64,000 nucleotides of DNA from Guillardia theta CCMP2712 (GCF_000315625.1 NW_005434575.1:62902-126901), one strand, 5' to 3'; positions 1-12,279 are shown, numbered from the stretch's first letter. A program made the numbers and translations. Notes: a model not told the origin generated them from the letters alone.

Positions 1-2
1 TT

Positions 3-134
3 TCCCTCCCTCCCTCCCTCCCTCCCTCCCTCCCTCCCTCCCTCCCTCCCTCCCTCCCTCCCTCCCTCCCTCCCTCCCTCCCTCCCTCCCTCCCTCCCTC
101 CCTCCCTCCCTCCCTCCCTCCCTCCCTCCCTCCC
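3..134. repeat. (TCCC)n microsatellite, probably intronic
   Basis: Uninterrupted tccc tetramers followed by a pyrimidine tract and CAG at ~173. Confidence 0.95.
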
Positions 135-173
135 TTCTCCTGCAACTTGTTCTGATCCCTCTGGATTCACCAG

Positions 174-670
174 GTCAACGTACAGGACGTGAGTGAGGAG
201 GTGAAGAGGTCAGGAGAGCAGCAGTGCATGTTGGCGCGACTGAAAACTTGACAGCAACGGGCAAGAGAAGGAGGGGGAGGAGGTCGCGGCAAGTGAGAGC
301 AAGAAAGGTGATGCTGCTGCTGCTGGCGCTCCTCTCGTAACGTGACGTGTCAGAGGACGGCCTGCCCAACGTTGACATGTCGGCGCAAGAGGAGAGCAAG
401 GAAGGCAGCACTGAAGCTGCTAACGGAGAGAAGGGAGGAAGAGGAGGGGTGAGCAACTCCCAGAGCGATCGCTGTTGCTGACTCAAGCTGCAGAGAAATG
501 GAGGCGGAAGGGGAAGGGGTAGGGGTAGGGGAAGGGGAGGAGGAGGAGGAGGTGGTGGTGGTGGTGGTGAGGGAGGAAGAGGCGGAGGACAAGGGGGACG
601 AGGTCCACGGGGGGAAGGAGAAGGTCAACGCAAAGGCAACGAGAGAGGAAGAGGGAAGAGGGGAAAATGA
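174..670 (+). CDS. 3' exons of a gene entering from the left; RG/RGG-rich C-terminus
   Basis: After the ctgcag acceptor at ~492 the frame reads RNGGGRGRGRGRGRGGGGG...GRGKRGK to TGA at 668-670; short GT-AG introns upstream. Confidence 0.45.
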
Positions 671-816
671 AGAGAGAGAGCGAGGAAGGAATCAACGATG
701 AGGATTCAAGTCAATTTATTGAACTACATGTCGCTCACGTGCTATCTACATTAATTCACAAGCAAGAGGACAAACGTGCTGGATGTCTTCCTGCCTTGTC
801 CTGTCACTTCAACGCC

Positions 817-1824
817 TCATCTTCTCATCTGTTTCTGCATGAAAGCAATCTTCTCTTCTGCCCGCGCAAGCTTCGCTCGTGACTCCAGCAGCATGTTTCT
901 CAACGCTGCGTCCAGGGCGCTGGGAGCACGAGGAAGGAGGCGGTCCGCTGCATGCTGGTCGTCTTGCAGGAGGGGTCGGGACAAGTTGACCACTTGCTGT
1001 GCGGAAGGGCGTCGGGCCGGGTCAGGGTCCATCATGCTCTCCACTAACTCGCGCAGGTCAGGCGGAAGCTGGTGAGAATGAGCAAGAGATCCTCTCCTTA
1101 CGTCTGTGAACTCACTCCCAGACTCCTGCGACCCTCGTCATCCCCACGCCCTCATTGCAACCCTCTTCTCCCCTTCGTCGTCCTCTCTACTCTCCTCCTT
1201 CCCTCCTCCTCCTCCTCCTCCTCTTTCCTCTTCCTCTCCGTGCCCCTCCTTCCCGTGGCTCCCTTACCGGCAGTCTGCTGACGCATGCAAGCTCGTAGAT
1301 GGAGGCTCCAAGCGAGAACACGTCGCACTTATTCAAATTGACCGGAGAGGAGACGTCGAGAAGCTCTGGCGCTACGTACCTCCGATCTCCCAGCTCCAAG
1401 AGCTCAACCTCCTGCCTGCTCGCCATCCTGTCAGGCTCTACCACCTTGACATGCCCAAAGTCTCCGATCTTGATCCTGCCGGACAAGGAGAGGTAAAGGT
1501 TAGCCGGCTTCATGTCCAGATGCGCCATCCCTACAAGCATGCATCAGCGTATTGCTCCTCCTACCGAAGCAGCACCATGCTCGTGGAGGTACGCGAGCCC
1601 TGACGCTGCCTGGTAGAGAGCCGTCGCCAGTCGCTGAAAGGGAAGTTGCCCTCCTTCTCCCACCCACTCGTCGTGTAGAGTTTTCAGGCAGAGCTCTGTC
1701 TGGATGTAGATGACGTCTTGCTCCTCCCACGCGTTGTAGTAGCGGAGAGCGAAGGGATTGTCCCCTTGCGATGAAAGTGCGTAGATCTCCTAGCCGAGCA
1801 GAGCGCATGAGAGAAGCAGCAGCA

Positions 1825-1877
<53 letters not shown>

Positions 1878-2720
1878 GGAGAAGGCAAGGGAAGGACAAG
1901 GAAGAGAGATTGATTGAGACGACAGAACAGCAGTCTAGCAACGCAAGGATGAGCCCCCCACACCTGCAGCACCCGTTCCCTGTCCTTCCTTCCACTGCAC
2001 ATCTTGTTTAAGACCTTGACAGCATACGGCCAGAGATCCATCTTCCTCACACACTTGTACACCTTCCCGTGTTCTCCCTGACCCAGTTCTTGGATGTTGA
2101 TGAAATCCTACGGGCAATGATCAACCGGCGCAGCTAGGATGGGCCTGTCTGAATCATACCTGCCAAAAGGATGTATGATGAGTGAGGTGCCTCGACATTC
2201 TTGCTACTCCAGCGGATCCTTTAGGCAGACCCTGACATCTGCTTCAGCGCCTGGTAGCTCACAGAAACTAGTCTCCACCACCTTGATAGGACTCGCAGGG
2301 CTGACAGCAAACTCATTCACTCTCTCCTCGCGCTCGTTCCCTGAGCGGCTTTTGAGAAAGTCAGAAGGTCGAAACTGACGGAGGGGGGAGCTGAAGCTGT
2401 GCTCCTGCTGCCAGGACACATGCGGCCGATCGCCCTCGGCCTTGGCTTCGCTCTCTTCTCCTTGGTCCCCTCGTGACGAGCTCCCGAGCTCACTCGACGA
2501 AGTTTCTGATGGGGCTCGAAAGCCCGGGCTGCTGCTGTCGTCACTGCGGGCTCTTCTTGCTGCCCATCCTGTCTTGACTGGCGTTGGGGTGGGCGGGACC
2601 TTGTGGTCGTGAGAAATGCAGGTTGACTCGTATACGAGGAGGAGGAGGAGGAGGAGGAGGGGCAGCAGAGCTCGGGTGCTCCTCATAGCAAGCCGAGGCC
2701 TGATGCGAGCTAGAAGCATC
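817..2720 (-). CDS. Wee1/Myt1-family protein kinase (multi-exon)
   Basis: Exon ORFs give VYKCVRKMDLWPYAVK, HLDMKPANLY...KIGDFG, GDRRYVAPELL, CDVFSLGASIYEL and MMDPDPARRPSAQQV; the GDxRY motif and N-terminal PPTPTP phospho-region fit Wee1; start approximate. Confidence 0.8.
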
Positions 2721-2830
2721 TCAGATGCAGACTTGCTCTCAACCGCCTCTCCAACCTCCTCCTCGCCATCCTGTCCTTCCTTCCTCTTCAACTGACCACA
2801 AGCCGCTGGTCCTCCCGCCCATCTGCCGGC

Positions 2831-2874
2831 GGCACTGAGGGCCCCGGCCGGGCCCGGCCGGGGCCCTCAGTGCC
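2831..2874. repeat. Perfect 44-bp GC-rich palindrome
   Basis: ggcactgagggccccggccggg|cccggccggggccctcagtgcc equals its own reverse complement. Confidence 0.95.
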
Positions 2875-3757
2875 AGGGGCACTAGTTTTTCAACTATTGC
2901 TAGTTGCAAGTCTTTACAACAGAGTCTACTTGTCTATTAGTGTTTTAAAACACGTCAACCCGTGTTGTAAACCCGCGCTTGTTTGGAACGTGGCAGTAAC
3001 GTGACTGTATCAGAAATTAACGTGACTGTCATCGAGAGGGTCCCGTGACTTTCGACGGAGCCTGGTATAAGCCGGTCACCGGGTCAAGGAGTGGGGACAT
3101 GATATCCGACATACCCCACCCCCTAATTTCAGCCTAAAACATCATGAATCGGTAGGTACTCTCATGTTTCACTCCCCCAACTTTCTTTTTGATTTGTCCC
3201 GTCTGGCCCTCTGCAGCACAGCATTTGTCGCATGCAGCTGCTTGCTGCTGTTATGCACGGATGACTCCCTTTCTTGACATCATGACCATCCTCGTGCCTG
3301 CTGACCTACTTGATGAGAATGCTGTCAGTTGACTCCTGATGGTTGATTCGGTAGTCCCTCAGCGTTGTCTGTTGTCTGCGCGTGATCTTCAATTCCATGG
3401 GCTCAGCCTGCAGTGTTCACTATGTACCCGTCACTTTTTTTTATGTTGGTATATCTTTGCAATGCGTGATGTGACATCTGACATCATTACGCAGTCTCCA
3501 AACATTTTCATGCAATTCTAACCACATTGACTCTCTAGGCAACCAATTTGTTTGCAAATATGATCCAATGAATCAAGTGAAACGAACATACTGAGAAGAT
3601 CTTGTGATGTATTGTCGTCCCAAGAATTCGAGGGATCACACCTGAAGGTACTTTACATCATTTGCTGTTTCCTATCCTCTACACATTGGACAGCCGAAAT
3701 ACGATTGTTACGTGGTTTGAACAGCAAGTGGTCCACGAGGGGTGTTAATTGCATGTG

Positions 3758-4696
3758 TAATGCTCTAGGCCCTCTCCCACCTGTCGTATCACACCTCCCA
3801 TGCTTGCGCCTAAGGTCGCCCATGTCTTCCCCCGCCGAGGTCAAGGCCCCGCTCAGCGCAACAGGAAGCCCCTCACCTTCGACATCAACAAGATCTCAGG
3901 CCTCTTCCACATGCGCCAGACCGACGCTGCGGACTTCCTTGGCATCTCTCTCACCACCCTCAAGACGGTGTGCAAGCAGCTCGGGGTGACCCGATGGCCT
4001 CACGCCAGGTCCAAGCAGGACGCGAACCAGCCCTACACGGTCGGGTACGTGTGGAACAGCGGGAGCGACATGGAGCTGTACAAGGAGCTGTGCCCGCGGG
4101 CGTTCGGGAGCGGGACGCCGCCGACGCTGACCGACAGCCCTCTCAGGACCGACCAGCATCAGGCGGCACAGGGTGTGCGAGGCGATAGAGGGGGGGTGGA
4201 GAGCGGAGGAGCGAACGAGGAGGACGAGGCGGTAGACGAAGTGGTGATCGACGGCGTGGTCATCCGGGTCAGGGTCAACGAGGAGGAGTTAGCCTGGGAA
4301 GACGACGAGGAAGAGCTACTCGCCATGCACACGGAGCAGCCGGCAGAGCAGGGCGGGGAACCGAGTGCGGGATCAGCGGGGGGAGCTTGGTCGAGGAGGT
4401 TGCCAGCTATCAGTACGAGTCGCCGCCACGAGGCGAGCAACGAGCCCGTCAAAAGGAGGGAGGCACAGGCTCAGAGTGCGACGGGAGAAGGAAAGAGGGG
4501 AGGAGCCTGGAGGCAGCACGAGGAGATGTACAAGGAGGTGATCGAGCACTTGGAGGGGAGGAGCCTGAAGGACACGTACTGGAGAGGGGCTCCTCCACGG
4601 CTTGTGGGCTTCAACTCAGATGCGATACTGCCGGTATCACCAACGTTGCAGGTGGGGCAGCTGCCGGGAGGGAGTCACGGAGACGAGGCCGCTTGT
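3758..4696 (+). repeat. 939-bp direct repeat, copy 1 (copy 2 at 6341-7279)
   Basis: Identical by eye from taatgctctagg to gccgcttgt, offset 2583 bp. Confidence 0.92.
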
Positions 4697-4738
4697 TGCA
4701 AGTGCCCTCAAGGGTTACTGGGTTCCAGATTTCTGTAG
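3800..4738 (+). CDS. RWP-RK transcription factor, copy 1
   Basis: LTFDINKISGLFHMRQTDAADFLGISLTTLKTVCKQLGVTRWPHARSK is an RWP-RK domain; intronless 312 aa. Confidence 0.9.
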   Translation: MLAPKVAHVFPRRGQGPAQRNRKPLTFDINKISGLFHMRQTDAADFLGISLTTLKTVCKQLGVTRWPHARSKQDANQPYTVGYVWNSGSDMELYKELCPRAFGSGTPPTLTDSPLRTDQHQAAQGVRGDRGGVESGGANEEDEAVDEVVIDGVVIRVRVNEEELAWEDDEEELLAMHTEQPAEQGGEPSAGSAGGAWSRRLPAISTSRRHEASNEPVKRREAQAQSATGEGKRGGAWRQHEEMYKEVIEHLEGRSLKDTYWRGAPPRLVGFNSDAILPVSPTLQVGQLPGGSHGDEAACCKCPQGLLGSRFL

Positions 4739-6340
4739 GCCTTAGTAGCGAGTCAGAATTGGAAGGTTTGTTGGTCAGGGTTTGGGTTGGGTTGCCTATT
4801 TTTGGTATATTTACATCATCGTACAGTATCAGATTCTACAGCAGTTGATCATGTTGGATTCGTTTAGGATGTACGTTCAAAAGCTCTCAATATTTCTCAT
4901 CCCTGTGCTTTTGTGAAATATTTTTTGTTATCTACTATGTATCGTATGGGCATTCTCGCAGGTTGGGATGTGACCAAAGTTCTTTGCTGCTTTGGTGTAT
5001 CTCTGTTTCGTTCGCTTCGTCAGCAATGTTGTAATTTATTCGTCTGTTTTCTTCAATTTTATCTTCAATCTGTTTTTTTTGGCCATATTGCTGCTTATGA
5101 GACCAGCATCATTTATGCTCGATTGTTGAGAGTCGCTAAATATTTAGTTGCTTTGCACAGTCTTTGAATTTTTACACATCTCTTGTTTTTCTTGCAACTT
5201 TAATATTGCGATGTGCTTCTCTTTGTTTTCGGTGTTGTTTGTGTTTTTCCCCCGCCCTAATGCTGTTGAGATGTGGTTTCCTTTTTGCTTTCAACTAACA
5301 TCATCGTAAAACATTTCGAAATATCTGGTTTGTCATCTCTTTTCAATCATCGCCCTGCCTCCCCCTCTCGTTTTTCCTTTCTTGTTTCTCTCTTGTTGCG
5401 CCGCCATTTCTGTCACTCGGCTTAACTCTCGACTGTTTTTTATAGTACTCATTATAGATTAAAAGTGTAATTGTCATCACATCGGGTCCTAATTCTGAGT
5501 CGAAAAGAGTTCTTTTCATGCTCGAGTTAAGAGAGCCAGCCAGTCGAACCCTATCCCACTCAACCTGAGAGGCAGTCAAATGACCCCTCCACCCCTCTTT
5601 TCCCATCAGAAACATGTAAACATGAGGGGTGTTTGTACATGTAGGGCAGACCCACCCCCATCCAACGTCCTCCGCACGTCCTCGGCGGTCCAATTTCCCC
5701 TGCCGTGTTTGTCCCTACCACGATACCGACCACGTCGCATCAAACCATACCCGATTCCTCCCCGCTCCCTCCCTCCCTCCCTTCCCTCCAGCTGCCACAA
5801 TGATCGATGCCCTCTGTCTCATCGCTTTATGCTTGCTTTCTGTTCCTTGCATTTCGCATTGCCTTCATTCAAATGAGTACGCTTTTAACTTGGTAGTCCT
5901 GAATCACAAAGTTGTGCGTGCATGTTCAAAGCAATGCAGACCTCAAGTCAAAAGGAAAGTGAGATATCTTTTCTCTATAATCGTGGAATAAGAATACAAC
6001 TCTCATAAGTTTATATATGCCTAAACGTTGTAGCTGATAAAGGTGTATCATATAGTGTATTAATTATAGTCAAACTGCAAGCACATGGGGCAAGGTTCAC
6101 ATTTTGAGAACAAATCAGATTCTAGTATGTCTTCATAAGGTGAATTTGTTTATCACCAATCAACTTCAATTTTTAGCTCCGCATGCAATGCCTCCATCCC
6201 ACTTGCCCATGCTATCACCATGACGGTCAGTGTCCTAGCAGGACCGAGAAGAAGACAACTGCCTCAAGAGTGAACCCAGAACCAGGTGATATTTGAATCA
6301 GAATAACGTCAACATTGCTTATCACAGCACCATCCTATCA

Positions 6341-7279
6341 TAATGCTCTAGGCCCTCTCCCACCTGTCGTATCACACCTCCCATGCTTGCGCCTAAGGTC
6401 GCCCATGTCTTCCCCCGCCGAGGTCAAGGCCCCGCTCAGCGCAACAGGAAGCCCCTCACCTTCGACATCAACAAGATCTCAGGCCTCTTCCACATGCGCC
6501 AGACCGACGCTGCGGACTTCCTTGGCATCTCTCTCACCACCCTCAAGACGGTGTGCAAGCAGCTCGGGGTGACCCGATGGCCTCACGCCAGGTCCAAGCA
6601 GGACGCGAACCAGCCCTACACGGTCGGGTACGTGTGGAACAGCGGGAGCGACATGGAGCTGTACAAGGAGCTGTGCCCGCGGGCGTTCGGGAGCGGGACG
6701 CCGCCGACGCTGACCGACAGCCCTCTCAGGACCGACCAGCATCAGGCGGCACAGGGTGTGCGAGGCGATAGAGGGGGGGTGGAGAGCGGAGGAGCGAACG
6801 AGGAGGACGAGGCGGTAGACGAAGTGGTGATCGACGGCGTGGTCATCCGGGTCAGGGTCAACGAGGAGGAGTTAGCCTGGGAAGACGACGAGGAAGAGCT
6901 ACTCGCCATGCACACGGAGCAGCCGGCAGAGCAGGGCGGGGAACCGAGTGCGGGATCAGCGGGGGGAGCTTGGTCGAGGAGGTTGCCAGCTATCAGTACG
7001 AGTCGCCGCCACGAGGCGAGCAACGAGCCCGTCAAAAGGAGGGAGGCACAGGCTCAGAGTGCGACGGGAGAAGGAAAGAGGGGAGGAGCCTGGAGGCAGC
7101 ACGAGGAGATGTACAAGGAGGTGATCGAGCACTTGGAGGGGAGGAGCCTGAAGGACACGTACTGGAGAGGGGCTCCTCCACGGCTTGTGGGCTTCAACTC
7201 AGATGCGATACTGCCGGTATCACCAACGTTGCAGGTGGGGCAGCTGCCGGGAGGGAGTCACGGAGACGAGGCCGCTTGT
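6341..7279 (+). repeat. 939-bp direct repeat, copy 2
   Basis: Matches 3758-4696. Confidence 0.92.
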
Positions 7280-7294
7280 GGGGAGTTGCTCTGA
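6383..7294 (+). CDS. RWP-RK transcription factor, copy 2
   Basis: Protein identical to copy 1 except for the last few residues (GELL* versus CKCPQGLLGSRFL*). Confidence 0.9.
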   Translation: MLAPKVAHVFPRRGQGPAQRNRKPLTFDINKISGLFHMRQTDAADFLGISLTTLKTVCKQLGVTRWPHARSKQDANQPYTVGYVWNSGSDMELYKELCPRAFGSGTPPTLTDSPLRTDQHQAAQGVRGDRGGVESGGANEEDEAVDEVVIDGVVIRVRVNEEELAWEDDEEELLAMHTEQPAEQGGEPSAGSAGGAWSRRLPAISTSRRHEASNEPVKRREAQAQSATGEGKRGGAWRQHEEMYKEVIEHLEGRSLKDTYWRGAPPRLVGFNSDAILPVSPTLQVGQLPGGSHGDEAACGELL

Positions 7295-8431
7295 CGATGA
7301 GTGCTGGTTTGGTAGCTGTCAGACTTCGTCCACATAAGAGGCCGGGTTACGACGGTCCGATCAGAGGCTACTGAGAGCGTTGCTTGGCCGAGCGGCAACG
7401 TTGAACCGGTGCATGGCGGTGCGCGGCGTGCTATGATAGCCTTCGGCTTCATTTGGAGTGACGGACCATTCAACTTCGGAATCAGGGCCACTTGCCCCCG
7501 GGCCCGGGCCGGGCCGGCTTTTGTCGGTTCAACGATTCTTGGTCTCCTAGAGTACCGACGGATATATCGCTGATGGATGGCACCATCATGGTAGGCTACT
7601 GAGTGCTCAGCCCGGTGACCCGGGCCCTCCGGGCCGTTCACGGCACACGCAGTGCGTGCCACAGGCTCACTGAGTCAGATCATCGGATGCCACGGCGGTG
7701 GCACCGGGTAACTTAGTAAGGAGCTTGAACTTCCGAAAGAGATCGGACTCAGACGGTGCGGCCGCTCAACTTTCAAGTTTCAGTTGAAGAATGGGTGCCA
7801 TGGCACCAGCCCCGGCGAGCGGCGAGGCAGCCTCGGACAGGAGACTTAAGCGTAACCAATCATGAATACCAAATGCTTGTAACTTGATCTGTTCATGTCA
7901 ATTGAAGTCAAAATCGTCACGGACCCGGCAGCGCCGCGTGTCTGGCAACGGCGTGGCACGCCGAACACGCCGAGACGGCCCGGCCCCGCGGTCCACTAGT
8001 CCGTCAAGGCGCCGCGGGGACTCCGAGGCCGGGCCCGGAACTCTCACTGTCCGCCGGACCGTTCGGAGGCTCCCGGCGGGACCCGGCGGCGGCAGCCGCA
8101 CTGCCGCAATGCCCGCCGGGCGCCCGGGCCTCGCCGCCAATCATATATTGGAAAAGAACTTGATCAGCTAATAGAGTTTGTGTTTGAAAATGGCTGACGT
8201 GTGCCGAACCAAGAATGCCGAAGGGGGGAGAGGGCAGGAGGAAGGAGAGAGAGAAGCAGAGCAGATATTTCGAGAGAAGAGATGATAGTGGTAGAGCAGA
8301 GTGGACAGTTTCAGAGGATACCATGCGGGTGGAAAGTGAGAAGGTCCTTGGTTGCTTTGCTAACCATTAGACTGCAGGTGAAGCTTTCGTCTGACTCTCT
8401 TTCTCGGTCAAATTGTTCTTGATGAGCGTCG

Positions 8432-9187
8432 ATGCAAGTCGAAAGAGATGGTGATGGATGTTCGGCTTGTAGTTACATGCTGACAACTGACATTAGGCGT
8501 ACTCTGCTGAACGTCCTTGGAGCAGGCGCAGCAGCTGTGGGTTCAGCTTATCTTATCTATAGGTTTTACAAGAGCTCAACACAAGAGAAGGTGTGCGCCA
8601 TGCTTGCCTCTTCTGTTCTTTCGTCTGTCTTCTTCTGTTCGTTCGTCTGTCTCTGGTTCTTGTCAACTCATTTGACACACTCTTTACAGGAAACTGCCGA
8701 AGTTTCGACGGACCTTGCTCCTCTCCGAGATGCAGTTGGCTCGGCAGAAAGACAGCATGCAAACTCAGAGCAGGAGAAACCCAGCAGACCTGGAGGAGGA
8801 GCTGGAGGAGGAAGAGCGGGAACAGAGCCGGCTGGGCACGTACTCTCGACCCCGAAGCGAGATACCTGGCGAGATGCCGGAGTAGAACAGGCGGGTCAGT
8901 CGCCACAGGCAAACGGGCTCGTGCAGTCGATGCTGTCGCAGGAGACTCTCTTCACTCCGCTCAGACAGCGCGAGTCGTACTACACCAAGTTCCTGGCAGA
9001 GCGAGGAGAGAACCTGCCTGAGGACGAGCTGAATCGATACCGGCGGCAGTTCGGGCTCGTGAAGAAGATCTGCGAAGTGCTAGAGAAGGAGCCCTTCGAC
9101 GTGAACAAGCTGCTGTACTTGATGCAGCTGCTGCAAGACAGCGGAGACCCTCCACCAGATGTCAACTCTCTCACAGCTGCACACTGA
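8432..9187 (+). CDS. Pex19 C-terminal-domain protein with N-terminal membrane anchor
   Basis: MLSQETLFTPLRQ...YTKFLAERGENLPEDELNRYRRQFGLVKKICEVLE...LLYLMQLLQDSGDPPPDV matches the Pex19 helical domain pattern (LLSKDVLY...Y..Q...KIC...LMQQLQDLGHPP); probable intron ~8591-8688; start uncertain. Confidence 0.75.
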   Translation: MQVERDGDGCSACSYMLTTDIRRTLLNVLGAGAAAVGSAYLIYRFYKSSTQEKVCAMLASSVLSSVFFCSFVCLWFLSTHLTHSLQETAEVSTDLAPLRDAVGSAERQHANSEQEKPSRPGGGAGGGRAGTEPAGHVLSTPKRDTWRDAGVEQAGQSPQANGLVQSMLSQETLFTPLRQRESYYTKFLAERGENLPEDELNRYRRQFGLVKKICEVLEKEPFDVNKLLYLMQLLQDSGDPPPDVNSLTAAH

Positions 9188-9276
9188 GAGTAGTGTGAAG
9201 ATAAGGGCACAACCTTGCGGCTCATCACAACAAACTCGGTAAAGAGATTTCAAACTCTAGCGAGAGTCTCTGCATA

Positions 9277-11694
9277 TCACCATAGGGTGCAGCGCTCTAC
9301 TCCACGGTTCATGATCGAGCCAGCAGGGCAGTTGTAAGCCTTGGCGAAGCCCTCGGAGTCGCTCAATGTGCCGAGAACTCTCCACTTGCGAGGGGCATGC
9401 GCGTCGAAGAGCAGAGTGTTCTCAGCTTCCTTCCTCTCCACCCCACACCAAGTTTGCGCATAGGCAAGGAAGAACATGCGCTGCTCGAGGGTCGAGCGCG
9501 TGGATGTGCCTGAACTCGCCCAAGCTCGGTGAGCCATCTTGAGTCCACCAGCATCGGCGATGTCCTCTCCTAGCGTCAGCTCGCCGTTGACAGGCTTCCC
9601 GTTCATCGTGTAGGAGCCGTACTGCTTGCTGATACATCTTGCCCTCTCATTGAACGCGTCCACTGTCCCCTTGTTCCACCACTCGTGCCGTCTGCCTTGC
9701 CCGTCGTACTCCCTGCCCTGGTCGTCGAAGCCATGCGTCATCTCATGTCCTAGAACGGCCCCAAGACTGCCGTAGTTCCGCGCGTCGTCGTACTCGGCAC
9801 TGAAGAACGGCTTGTCGATGACTGCCGCGGGGATGAACAAACCGTTGACCTTCTGACTGTAGTAGGCGTTCACGTCCGTTGCTCCAGCATAGTGCCACTC
9901 CCTGCGATCCACCTTCTCTCTCAACTTCTGGCGCGACTTCTCGACCCGGCAGACTTCGGTCTTCAAGTAGTTGTTGAAATATTCATCCTCAGACAGCCCT
10001 TCTAGCTTGCACCAGTGAGGCCAGTCACTAGGATAGCCGACCTCAAAGACCATTTGCTCCAGCTTTCCTTCAGCTTTCACTCGAGTATCTTCATCCATCC
10101 AAGATACCTGGTCCAAATCTCCCTTGAAGCTCTGCCTGATCTTGTCCAGCATGTTGAGAGCAGCGATTTTGTTTTCTTCGGGGAAGAACTTCTCGACATA
10201 CAACTTGGAGACGTGGCCTGACATCGCGCCAGTCGTTGAGTGATAGCACTGGGTTCGGAAAAGACTCAGATCATATCCTGCACAATCATAGATGTACCTT
10301 CTTCCACCTCTCTGGTCGATTCTTGATTCCATAAAGATCCGTGAAGAGCGGTTTCAGAACCTCTGCAAAGCTCTCTGCTGGAAGGACAGGAGCGAAAGTC
10401 GAGACGATGGTGTACTTCAAGTACGATCTGAGAACAGCAGCATCATTCTCGTCAAACTTCTCGTCGATCGAGGACTCATCCGACGGTTTGTACTCCAACC
10501 CGGCTGTTCGATACAGCTCGCTGGACTTAACCATCAGAGGGAGCTGAGAATAGTTGGGATTCGGGTCGGTGAAGATAGAGTCCAGCTTCTCGAAGTACTT
10601 GTCATCCCTCATGATGAGCTGGGGTCCCCCTTCAAGGCCAACATCCGCCATGCCAATCCCTTGGAAGAAATCGTCCCAATGAAACAGGGGGACGAGGAGC
10701 TTGAGCTGCTCCCTCGTCAACCTCTTGCCCTTGGCTTTGCGAGCTGCTTCCTTGGGCATCACGTTCTCAGCGGTCCTTGTCTCCAACGCCAGGCAATTGA
10801 GAGCATCCATCTTGGCTTGCTCAGGCTCAACACCAGCGTTGATGAGCAGCTGCTCGATGACCTCCTTCTCCGTAGCTCTGTGCTCCTTCATCTCCTCGTC
10901 ATTTGATAGGTAGTACGACTGATCTGGCAGCGTCATCCCCCCTGGAGAAAGGTAGAACGCACGTGTTTCTGGGTGCTGGCTGTCGGCGGTCACCGACCAC
11001 CCAAAGAAAGCGCCGTTGTTGTGGTTGCCGAGGTAGACCAGGAGGTTCGTGAGAGACTTCATGTCCTTCACCTCGTCGATCCTCTTGAGCCAGGGCTGTA
11101 GAGGCTTGTTCCCCAGCTTGTTGATAGCATCTTCATTCATGCAGCTGCGATAGTAGGTGCCCACAACGCCGGAGTCAGCCTCCACTGCATTTCTCATCTC
11201 GTTCTCGATCCGTTGGGCAGGAACGTCCCAGCTCTTCAACCATGATGTCTTGTCATCTGGTATCGAAGCCTTCTCATCCCATTTCCCTGTCAACACACAT
11301 GCTCAGTCATAACATCGTCAGCTCGCAGGTTCAAACCGCAGGCAAAGCTGTAGAAATCGTTGCAGGGGTCGATGGCGGGATCAACTGCTGACAACATCTC
11401 TCTGGGGAGCATTTCCTGGGCAAGGAGGATGAGGAGAGAGCGACATGCGAGAGGCGTCATACTATCCATGACAAGTCGTGGGTGCCATCCTGCGATACGA
11501 GGTAGGTCTTGAGACCCTCGCTGTAATGAGCAGCAATCAAGGCAACCTAATTAGACAGCCGTCGGTCATATATGTTCACACGACATGCACTTGCTCACTA
11601 TCAAGATGGATGCAGAGGCTGAAGCGATGGCTACCAGCTTTGCTGGCGATCGCCTCGGACTCGCTCGGAGCAGCGGTGCTGTTTCTTGCATCAT
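9277..11694 (-). CDS. Peptidase family M13 (neprilysin/endothelin-converting enzyme-like), type II membrane protein
   Basis: DPCNDFYSFACG, VNAYY, HEMTHGFDDQG, TLGEDIADAGG, C-terminal CTLW; first exon MMQETAPLL...LVAIASASASILI followed by VALIAAHY. Confidence 0.93.
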
Positions 11695-11746
11695 GGCCAC
11701 TGAGCACGATCAAGGAGAACAAGGCTCCCTAAGTGACTTCAAAGAC

Positions 11747-11792
<46 letters not shown>

Positions 11793-11984
11793 GAGGAGGG
11801 AGGAGGGAGGAGAAGCAGGAGGTCTGTCGACTGACGTAACTGGACGCTACGCAACCATCGCGCCACTTCAGCAAACTTTGTAAAAGAGTACCCCTACCCC
11901 CTTGAATAGGCTACATCTGCAACCCCCCGCCTAGTACATCTGCAACCCCCACCCAGGAAAATTTTACCATAGAGCTGACGTGAA

Positions 11985-12103
<119 letters not shown>

Positions 12104-12279
12104 GCTTCGTCTTCGTTCCACATCACCATCTTCATCATCGCTGAGGTTCGGAGCAAGGCGTTGAAGAAACCAGAGCAGGAGGTGGGTACAGTTGATAACA
12201 TGTGAGAGGGTAGACATTATAGAAGAGCTGAGCGAGTCACCGGATGCTGAAGACATGATTGGTATTGGAAGCATCAGTG

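Noticed and set aside
3758-7279. LTR retrotransposon (two direct repeats flanking an internal region)
   Set aside because: No TG...CA termini, target-site duplication, PBS or gag/pol seen; the repeats are the RWP-RK ORF itself
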